A stretch of 6,650 bases of DNA from Candidatus Baldrarchaeum yapensis. Lineage in GTDB: Archaea; Asgardarchaeota; Baldrarchaeia; Baldrarchaeales; Baldrarchaeaceae. The stretch covers positions 1 to 6,650 of the forward strand of contig JAEOSH010000075.1 in the NCBI GenBank assembly GCA_016840465.1, written 5' to 3'. Below are positions 1 to 6,422 of this stretch, piece after piece. Made by a program: the position numbers and the translations under genes. Each line of letters starts with the position of its first letter. Position 1 is the first letter of the stretch. A model generated the notes under the pieces. The model was not told where the DNA came from, searched no databases, and saw nothing but the letters and a program-made list of their open reading frames with translations.

Positions 1-57
1 GTTAAAGTTCTCGTTAAGAAAATCGCGCAGGAGTTAAACCTCCAGGTTGGCCGATAG
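1..57 (+). CDS. 3' end of an upstream gene (partial, unidentified)
   Basis: Frame 1 is open from the window edge: VKVLVKKIAQELNLQVGR*, TAG at 55-57. It reads like an amphipathic helix but is too short to assign. Confidence 0.4.
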   Translation, partial: VKVLVKKIAQELNLQVGR

Positions 58-197
58 TGTTATGAATATTAGATGCCTCTCCCGAGTGAGTATTCCTTTA
101 TCGGCTTAGGATTTGGAGTTCTTAAGAGTGCAATTTTGCTTAATAACCGTTTTCGTATTTCGGTCCTCTATCGGAAACTCTTAGAATCACTGTGAGA

Positions 198-228
198 AAT
201 ATTATAGCTTGACGTGGGGGTGAGGGAG
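198..228 (+). promoter_or_regulatory. Putative archaeal TATA box and Shine-Dalgarno for the amidotransferase gene
   Basis: AATATTATAG at 198-207 and GGGGTGA at 217-223, 5 nt before ATG 229. Confidence 0.5.
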
Positions 229-1308
229 ATGTGCGAACTACTCGGAATGTGCTTCAATATGCCGGTGCAGCCGAAAATTTCATTCAGAGCGTTCAGGAGG
301 AGGGGAAGGGAAAATCCCGACGGCTGGGGCATTGCGTTTTATCCCGATTCCGGCAATGCGGCATGCGTATTCAAGGAACCGTTGGAGGCTATGAGTAGCA
401 GATTGTCGGAGTTTATAGCGGGCTACGAGCGCGTGAGGTCGAAGATATTCATAGCCCATGTGAGGCTCGGAAGCATGGGCTCTGCATGCTACGAGAATAC
501 CCATCCGTTTGTGAGGGAGGTAAACGGGAAGGACTACACGTTTGCCCATAACGGAACTCTTTACGGCTACCGGGCACTAAAACTCGGGAGATTCAAGCCC
601 ATCGGAGACACGGACTCCGAGTACGTGTTCTGTTACATTTTGTACAGGATAGAGGAGAGAATTGTTGAGAGGTGGACGACCGATGATTTCAAGTGGTTAC
701 ATGAAATATTCAGAGAAATAAACCGGTACGGAACCTTCAATTGTCTCCTCTCCGACGGAACATATCTGTTCTGCTATTACGATCGCAACGGCTACAATGG
801 TCTATGCCTTCTTCATCGCAAAGCCCCATTCGGAGCAGTACGCCTCCTTGACGAGGACTGGGAGGTAAATCTCGCGGAGGAGAAGGATCCCCGACAGGAG
901 GGCTACATCATGGCGACTAGACCACTCACAAACGAGGAATGGCAACCTCTGGAGTTCGGAGAGATGGTGGTCTTCAAAGACGGTAAGATGGTATTCCCTA
1001 GGTTTAAAAGGATACGTCCGGGGCGGACGGTTTTTAATGAGGTTGAGGAGGAAGTGCTGAGGGTGTTGAGGAGCCATAAGCATAGGGTCCCCCTTAGAGA
1101 AATAATTGCCAGTTTGGAGTATCCCGAGGAGGAGGTAAGGCATGCAGTGAGGTCCCTGCTTTGCAGAGGCTACATTAAGCAGGATAGCAGAGATTCCGTC
1201 GACTGGAACCATCCCGATGCGACCTTTTACACGCGTCGCAACAGGAGAGCCCTCATAGACCGGGTACTCGGGATATCAAAGCGGGGGCGTCAATCTTCTT
1301 CCGGTTAA
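229..1308 (+). CDS. Class II glutamine amidotransferase / Ntn hydrolase (YafJ/EgtC/GATase_4-like) fused to a C-terminal winged-helix domain, 359 aa
   Basis: Start moved from GTG 214 to ATG 229 so that Cys becomes the N-terminal nucleophile (MCELLG). Family motifs present: NPDGWGIAFY, AHVR, ENTHPF, FAHNGTL, GDTDSE. The extra ~85-aa tail from ~1033 (EEEVLRVLRS..VPLREIIASL..PEEEVRHAVRSLLCRGYI) has a wHTH pattern. Confidence 0.9.
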   Translation: MCELLGMCFNMPVQPKISFRAFRRRGRENPDGWGIAFYPDSGNAACVFKEPLEAMSSRLSEFIAGYERVRSKIFIAHVRLGSMGSACYENTHPFVREVNGKDYTFAHNGTLYGYRALKLGRFKPIGDTDSEYVFCYILYRIEERIVERWTTDDFKWLHEIFREINRYGTFNCLLSDGTYLFCYYDRNGYNGLCLLHRKAPFGAVRLLDEDWEVNLAEEKDPRQEGYIMATRPLTNEEWQPLEFGEMVVFKDGKMVFPRFKRIRPGRTVFNEVEEEVLRVLRSHKHRVPLREIIASLEYPEEEVRHAVRSLLCRGYIKQDSRDSVDWNHPDATFYTRRNRRALIDRVLGISKRGRQSSSG

Positions 1309-1620
1309 ATTCGATCAATGGGATCGTCATTTGAACATCTTCTAGGAATCCGTATGAAAAATTTTCAGAACGTTAGTAGCTTTGAACTTGCCCAACAAAA
1401 ATAAGTGTCGCCATTGACCTAATAGGCCGAAAAAAGATAAAGATCTTAGTAGAGGCCCGTCATGGAATATCTCTCCTTCTCCTCAATTACAATCGGTGTA
1501 CTTGAGCCTTTGACTCCATCCACGTTGATGAGCAAAATTGTTCACATGGTTCTCATTTTTATCGGAATGCCGAGGCATTTATTAGCTTCACATGCAAAAG
1601 TAAGGCATGAAGTGTCAAAC

Positions 1621-2625
1621 ATGAGCGTGGTTTATGGTCCGGTCCCTTCGTGGAGGCTCGGGAGAAGTCTCGGCATAGACCCTATACTTCCCCCTAAGAC
1701 ATGCACATTCGACTGCGTGTACTGTCAACTCGGTCATACCGTTAATAAGATTTCGGTGCGGCTCGATATCCCTCCGGTTGATGAGGAGAGGCTCGAGGGG
1801 GAGTTGCTCAAAGAGTTGGAGAAAATTGACGTGAAAAGTATTAACGTGGTGACATTTTCCGGGTGCGGAGAACCGACGCTGAACCCCCGGCTGGGAGAGA
1901 TGATAAGACGCGTGAAAGACATCCTACCGGATGTTCCGGTCGCCGTGCTGACAAATTCTTCATTGGTGTGCTTGAAAGATGTGCGTAAAGATCTAGGAGA
2001 GGCGGATATCGTTGTCGCAAAGTTGGACGCAGCGGATCAGAAAACCTTCGTTTCGATAAACAGACCTGCGGACGGAATACCTCCCATCAAAGAGATAATT
2101 AGGTGTCTAACCGAGTTCAAAAGGGAGTTTACGGGAATATTGTCGTTGCAGGTAATGTTGGTGGACTCGTCCATTCCAATGAGGACGAATATCAGTGAGG
2201 ACGCCATCAATGCCATCATCGACGCCATCAGGGCAATAGAGCCGGATGAGGTCCAGGTAAACACCCCAACGCGTCCCCCCTCCGAGTCCTATATTAAGCC
2301 AGTGAGCAGGGGCATCATTACATGCGTTGTGGAGATGCTGGAGTCGATAGGGGTCAGGGAAGTATTAGCTATAGGCATTAGAGAGAGGACACCCACCTTT
2401 AGGTCGGTACTCAGGGTAGAAGCCGAGAGGATTAGAGAGGAGGTGTTTGAACTTCTTAAAAGGAGGCCTTGCAGAATCGTGGACATAACGCTCGCGCTTG
2501 GCCTTGGCGGGGAGATCGTAAGAAAAGCCGTGGAGGATTTGATGCGCAGGGGACTAATCAGAAAAGTGGAGGGTGTGAGAGGGACATACTTCATTGCTAC
2601 GACCGCCAAATCCGGTGAAGATTAA
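1621..2625 (+). CDS. Radical SAM protein, COG0731 (TYW1-related) family, function unknown, with C-terminal winged helix, 334 aa
   Basis: CxxxCxxC motif (CTFDCVYC, 1702-1725). The family N-terminus VYGPVPSWRLGRSLGID, the TFSGCGEPTL motif and the LTNSSL motif are present. The C-terminal ELLKRRPC...AVEDLMRRGLIRKV segment is wHTH-like. ATG 1621 is preferred over 1462 because family similarity starts there. Confidence 0.88.
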   Translation: MSVVYGPVPSWRLGRSLGIDPILPPKTCTFDCVYCQLGHTVNKISVRLDIPPVDEERLEGELLKELEKIDVKSINVVTFSGCGEPTLNPRLGEMIRRVKDILPDVPVAVLTNSSLVCLKDVRKDLGEADIVVAKLDAADQKTFVSINRPADGIPPIKEIIRCLTEFKREFTGILSLQVMLVDSSIPMRTNISEDAINAIIDAIRAIEPDEVQVNTPTRPPSESYIKPVSRGIITCVVEMLESIGVREVLAIGIRERTPTFRSVLRVEAERIREEVFELLKRRPCRIVDITLALGLGGEIVRKAVEDLMRRGLIRKVEGVRGTYFIATTAKSGED

Positions 2626-2638
2626 CCGTCGGGGAACG

Positions 2639-3742
2639 TTATGACTGATGCCGATGCGCCTCAGGTGGCAAGTTCTCCAAAATGAAGTTCAGAACCTCAT
2701 CTAGTCGTCCTTTTTCGGCAATGACCCCCATCACCTCCTTCTTTCCGCCCACGCTTATCACGTCGACGGCCCCCGATCTGATCTTTCTAATGAGTACTGA
2801 AAGGTCCAGATCCATCTTGTACCGCCTCACGTAAATCTGCGCGTATGGCATGCTGAGGTACTCATTTACAACCACGGCGACCTTTCCCGGGTTCTCAAAT
2901 GCGATCTTGCGCGCAAGCACAGATGTCACGATGCAGTCGGTCTTAACATGCAGGTATAGGACGTTCTCCCTCAACTTCTCCGGTTCTCTTGATGAAAGTC
3001 TCTCCCACTCCTTCTCGAACATTTCAAGGTATCGGTTCCACTCCTCATCCGAGAGAATGCGCTCGACATCGTCACCGTACTCTATCAGCTTGTCGACAAC
3101 TTTAATCGTCTCCTCCCGCTTACCGATCCGGTAGGCGGCCTCCATCAACGTCTTGCAACGATCCACCGTCTCCAGATTAATGCCACGCTTTTCAAGAAAA
3201 CCTCTGACAAGTGAGAAGATGGGATGCTCCCCAACCCTCTGGAGCCCCAGATCTCCCACTATGCCGACGACCGTGCGCAAGCTCACTTCATTATCCAATA
3301 TTCTGTCGACGAGCAGAGTCGTTGATGGCACGTCCTCCCCGAAGAGCACAACCGGGTTATAGAAAACCACCTTGGAGGGCGTGGTCTCCTGCCTATGGTG
3401 GTCTATTACTACCACCGGAACCGAGAACTTTTCCTGCAGCCTGTCATACTCGGAGGGCGGAATCCCGAGGTCGGCAACCACGATGGCATCCGGTGAAAAT
3501 CTCTCGATCGATCGAATAACAAAATCGTCTATTAGGTACGTTACGATGTCCGGAACGCAGTTCTCCACTTCCGCCCCGAACTTCTCCCTCAGCCCCTCCT
3601 TTAGAAGAGATGCGGAACAAAGCCCATCCCCGTCCCAGTGATGTATTATGAACACCCTTTCCTTTCCACTCAGAGCCTCGATAACCTCCCGCTTTGCCGA
3701 TTCTGCCCCCTGCAAATTGGAAGAAGATGCCAGACTTCTCAA
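2639..3742 (-). CDS. DHH-family phosphoesterase (RecJ/NrnA-like DHH + DHHA1), 367 aa
   Basis: Motif I HHWDGDG (3623-3643), motif II ADLG, motif III IDHH (DHH at 3395-3403), motif IV GIVGD. C-terminal DHHA1-like region has YVRR and VGGKK. TTG start with a strong SD (GGAGGAGAGG, 3747-3756). Confidence 0.88.
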   Translation of the reverse strand: MRSLASSSNLQGAESAKREVIEALSGKERVFIIHHWDGDGLCSASLLKEGLREKFGAEVENCVPDIVTYLIDDFVIRSIERFSPDAIVVADLGIPPSEYDRLQEKFSVPVVVIDHHRQETTPSKVVFYNPVVLFGEDVPSTTLLVDRILDNEVSLRTVVGIVGDLGLQRVGEHPIFSLVRGFLEKRGINLETVDRCKTLMEAAYRIGKREETIKVVDKLIEYGDDVERILSDEEWNRYLEMFEKEWERLSSREPEKLRENVLYLHVKTDCIVTSVLARKIAFENPGKVAVVVNEYLSMPYAQIYVRRYKMDLDLSVLIRKIRSGAVDVISVGGKKEVMGVIAEKGRLDEVLNFILENLPPEAHRHQS

Positions 3743-3746
3743 GAGA

Positions 3747-3799
3747 CCTCTCCTCCACTGTTGCTACAATTCCTTCTAGGCTTATAAACGTTATTTAAA
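3747..3799 (-). promoter_or_regulatory. Putative TATA box(es) and SD of the DHH gene
   Basis: Minus strand: TTTAAATA (3792-3799), TTTATAAG (3781-3788), and GGAGGAGAGG (3747-3756) 4 nt before TTG 3742. Confidence 0.55.
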
Positions 3800-4059
3800 C
3801 TCTCTGGAATTTGGTGGCGCACCCTCTCCACTGTGACGTGAGACTCGAGCATTAAATGATTTGCATAGCCCTGTGTCGTACTTTCTTCTCCTCGGTAACT
3901 TTCATGCATTCCTCATGACTTTATCTGACCAGCTCAGCTTATCCTCCATATGGTAGAATCGAGATTGCAAACTGATCTTTCACGCAACCGAGCATCTCGA
4001 TCTGACCATTGTTAATACGAAAATGGATTGGTATTGCTCCAATGTGAACCTATAGAGCA

Positions 4060-5202
4060 TTAATCTCCGAGAAACTCTCGCGCAATCACTATTCTCTGTA
4101 TCTCCGATGTTCCCTCCGCCATCTCCAGCCCCTTGGCGTCATTCATCAGTCTACCAAGGGGAGATGACTTAAGGTATCCGTGATACCCGTATACCTGTAT
4201 TGCCTTGATCGTGGCTCTCATCGCGAGTTCTGTTGCGTAAAGTTTTGCCATCGCGGCCTCGGCCGTGTACCTTACGCCCTTATCCCTGAGGTACGCGGCT
4301 CTCAGTGTCAGAAGCTTTGCAGCATCAAACTCCACTCTCAGATCGGCGAGCAACCATCTGAGTCCCTGGAACTTTATTATCGGTTGCCCGAATTGCACCC
4401 TTTTCTTTGCGTACTCCACGGCATGGGCAAGAGCCGCACCCGTAATGCCCAGTGCGACGCTAGCGACCCCTATTCTTCCGAAGTCTAGCACCGATAGAGC
4501 CACCCTTATACCTTTACCAATATCCCCCAGCACGTTCTCCTCGGGAACTCGCACGTCTTTGAACCTGAATTTTGCAAGCCCACATGCCTTAAGTCCTATG
4601 CAGTCCACTGGCTCTCTTTCGACACCCGGATTCCTCGTATCGACAAGAAATGCTGTGATTTTATCATTTCCATCATCCGAGACAACCCTGAAGGATGCAA
4701 CAAGAAGATCAGCGACCTCGCCTCCCACCACTATGCTTTTCTCCCCATTAAGAACATACTCGTCTCCGTCCTTGATGGCAGTTGCCCTTATATTTGTCAC
4801 GTTGGAACCCGCGTTGGCCTCGGTTATCGCGAACCCGCCGACAAGCTCCGCATTTGCAAGTTTCGGAAGGTACTTCTCCTTGAGGTACTCGTTCCCGAAT
4901 AGCCTTACTGTTTCGGATGCGAGACAGTGGGTGTCCACAATGAGCCCGACGGACGCGGATGAGGACCCCTCCGTCAGGGCCTCTATCAGCATGACGTAGC
5001 TTATGGTATCCCTTTCGGAGCCTCCATATTCCTCCGGTATATTGAATCCGAGCCACCCGCGCCTCCCCATTTCCCTGAATATCTTGAGGGGGTATCTGCA
5101 CGCCTCCTCATACTCGCCGATTACGGGTTCCACCACCTCTTTACTGAATGTGTACGCCTCTTCCCAGATCTTCTGGTGATCATCGGTTAACTCGAATGCC
5201 AT
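4060..5202 (-). CDS. Acyl-CoA dehydrogenase (short/branched-chain-like), 380 aa
   Basis: Family motifs: GFAITEANAGS, YVLNGEK, LDFGRIGVA, RVQFGQPI, EAAMAKLYATE, AEGTSEIQRIVIAR (catalytic Glu position kept). Start placed at ATG 5202 (MAFEL) because GGGTGA (5211-5216) lies 8 nt upstream. The ORF-track start at 5232 is the less likely alternative. Confidence 0.93.
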   Translation of the reverse strand: MAFELTDDHQKIWEEAYTFSKEVVEPVIGEYEEACRYPLKIFREMGRRGWLGFNIPEEYGGSERDTISYVMLIEALTEGSSSASVGLIVDTHCLASETVRLFGNEYLKEKYLPKLANAELVGGFAITEANAGSNVTNIRATAIKDGDEYVLNGEKSIVVGGEVADLLVASFRVVSDDGNDKITAFLVDTRNPGVEREPVDCIGLKACGLAKFRFKDVRVPEENVLGDIGKGIRVALSVLDFGRIGVASVALGITGAALAHAVEYAKKRVQFGQPIIKFQGLRWLLADLRVEFDAAKLLTLRAAYLRDKGVRYTAEAAMAKLYATELAMRATIKAIQVYGYHGYLKSSPLGRLMNDAKGLEMAEGTSEIQRIVIAREFLGD

Positions 5203-5210
5203 CAATGCCA

Positions 5211-5244
5211 TCACCCGAGAAAATATCGACATTTGGGCTTATAA
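5211..5244 (-). promoter_or_regulatory. Putative TATA box and SD of the acyl-CoA dehydrogenase gene
   Basis: TTATAA at 5239-5244 and GGGTGA at 5211-5216 on the minus strand, with archaeal promoter spacing. Confidence 0.5.
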
Positions 5245-5411
5245 CTCGAATGGGGAAGTTCTTTTGCCCATTTCCATGGATAACGAAAAATGTCCACTGT
5301 TGAGAGCCGCTGGAAAAGTCTTTTCGCACTCAAATAGTTCGTTGAGCAATTTCGCAAGGCTACCGAAGAGGATCACACTGGGACTCCCCCGCACCTCCTT
5401 GCAATTTCCAT
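5239..5411 (-). pseudogene. Possible decayed minimal nucleotidyltransferase (MNT) fragment
   Basis: MEIARRC (from ATG 5411) in one frame is followed by VILFGSLAK (5376-5350) in another frame. This resembles the archaeal MNT N-terminal helix plus the LFGS signature. The catalytic SDxD motif is absent. Confidence 0.3.
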
Positions 5412-5492
5412 TGCCACTGTAAGGACTCAAAATTGGTAATATTTAAAATAAATTCACAGTGCTACACGTAAGAATAAATAGAGGAAGATGCC

Positions 5493-5780
5493 TTGCATGT
5501 AGAGTACACTTATCATGCAAGATACAGGATCCGAATAAGAAATATTAGTGAGAACGAGGTGCTCCATGTACTTAAGTCTCCTCATGCTCTCTACTACGAT
5601 ATTAGCACAAACAGTATGGTGGCGATCGGGCCAAGAACAAGGAAACGAGCCCATTGGTTAATAATAGTATTTGTAAAGGAGGATAATGTTTGCCGCGTAA
5701 TAACGGTTATAGACACAAAGAGTATAGATAAGATCGTGGAAAAGAGAACCAAAAGCGGAAGGTGGGTTCCGGTATGGTAA
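5493..5780 (+). CDS. DUF4258-family putative toxin (RelE/BrnT-like RNase fold), 95 aa
   Basis: Pattern YTYHARYRIRIRNISENEVLHVLKSP...WLIIVFVKEDNVCRVITV matches the family (HA..R...R.Is..eV..vl..P ... lvVv......vITv). TTG start with GAGGAAG upstream. Directly upstream of and overlapping a DUF2283 gene. Confidence 0.8.
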   Translation: MHVEYTYHARYRIRIRNISENEVLHVLKSPHALYYDISTNSMVAIGPRTRKRAHWLIIVFVKEDNVCRVITVIDTKSIDKIVEKRTKSGRWVPVW

Positions 5781-6004
5781 AAAAGATATATTACGATTCG
5801 GAGGCCGACATCCTCTACATAGTCGTGAGGGAGGGGGAGGTGGAGGATACCGTCGAGATCTGTGAGGATATATTTGTGGAGTACGGGGGGAACGGGGAGA
5901 TCATGGGCATAGAGATATGGAGGGCCTCGAGGAACATAATAGAACCAATATCTAAGGAAATAGCTTCAAGAGTAGAAAATCTGATCAGGAGATCAAATAC
6001 GTAG
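5774..6004 (+). CDS. DUF2283-family putative antitoxin, 76 aa
   Basis: IYYDSEADILYI...EDIFVEYGGNGEIMGIEIWRAS matches DUF2283 (YD.EaD.LYi ... G.i.GiEI..AS). ATG 5774 overlaps the toxin stop by 7 nt, suggesting translational coupling. Confidence 0.88.
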   Translation: MVKKIYYDSEADILYIVVREGEVEDTVEICEDIFVEYGGNGEIMGIEIWRASRNIIEPISKEIASRVENLIRRSNT

Positions 6005-6031
6005 AGGGATCAATCTCATTCAACAATGGTG

Positions 6032-6074
6032 CCCCTGAACACCAGCTTTCCAGGGCCGTAGTATCCTTCAGGGG
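6032..6074. repeat. 8-bp inverted repeat between the convergent TA modules
   Basis: CCCCTGAA (6032-6039) and TTCAGGGG (6067-6074) with a 27-nt spacer. The function is not established. Confidence 0.35.
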
Positions 6075-6146
6075 GATGGCGAAGCGAGAAGCGAGGAATA
6101 GTTTGTTCAAGTATGAGTGAACCTGCCTATGCATTTCGAGAACAAG

Positions 6147-6422
6147 TTATTGAGTTTCGTTGTTTAAATTAACTTCTTGACTTTTGGAATCCTTTAGGAA
6201 CCTCTTTGCCCCAATTATGGTCAATCCGACGAGATTTCCGTGTTCATCGTAATTTTTTATTATACCGTTTTCATCCTCCTCGTGCTCCACTGCTTTTGAG
6301 GGATAGACGAAGTTTATATAGAGCACATCCGCCTCCTCATCGTAATCTATCCATAACCTTCTATAAGGTATCCGCAAAATGTGAGGGATTATTCTCAACA
6401 CTTCTGTTTCCGCTTCTTCCAT
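6147..6422 (-). CDS. DUF2283-family putative antitoxin (second copy, N-terminally extended), 91 aa
   Basis: LWIDYDEEADVLYINF..P...GIIKNYDEHGNLVGLTIIGAKRF. The ATG sits inside the VW codons of the upstream toxin remnant, the same geometry as in the first pair. Confidence 0.88.
   Translation of the reverse strand: MEEAETEVLRIIPHILRIPYRRLWIDYDEEADVLYINFVYPSKAVEHEEDENGIIKNYDEHGNLVGLTIIGAKRFLKDSKSQEVNLNNETQ

Noticed and set aside
214-228. GTG start giving an MGVRE extension on the amidotransferase
   Set aside because: Ntn hydrolases need Cys at the mature N-terminus, and this stretch is the SD of ATG 229.
229-1308. Calling the gene egtC (ergothioneine biosynthesis)
   Set aside because: Same fold, but no egtB or egtD is nearby and the extra wHTH argues against a direct assignment.
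1446-1540. Short minus-strand frames (LLINVDGVKGSSTPIVIEEKERYSMTGLY*, and a frame with an internal UGA)
   Set aside because: About 30 codons, no convincing start or SD, no recognisable family, and no evidence for selenocysteine recoding.
1462-1620. 53-aa N-terminal extension of the radical SAM ORF
   Set aside because: No family similarity or Cys ligands before MSVVYGP. The region is AT-rich and contains a TATA-like TTTATTA (1577-1583).
1621-2625. Annotation as wyosine synthase taw1/tyw1
   Set aside because: Lacks the N-terminal auxiliary-cluster cysteines.
3739-3909. 56-aa minus-strand ORF whose TGA overlaps the DHH TTG start
   Set aside because: It runs through the DHH TATA boxes and SD, has no recognisable motif, and is likely a chance frame.
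280-5101. Alternative-frame and antisense ORFs in the track (280-549, 802-1212, 1734-1922, 2037-2264, 2289-2609, 2850-3134, 3153-3362, 3211-3519, 3372-3641, 3444-3758, 4180-4488, 4265-4999, 4748-5101)
   Set aside because: All are shadows of well-supported genes, with Ser/Pro/Arg-rich antisense composition and no motifs.
5195-5212. 9-bp tandem duplication AATGCCATC x2 at the acyl-CoA dehydrogenase start
   Set aside because: Real but tiny. It only creates an alternative ATG (5211) and gives no sign of a target-site duplication.
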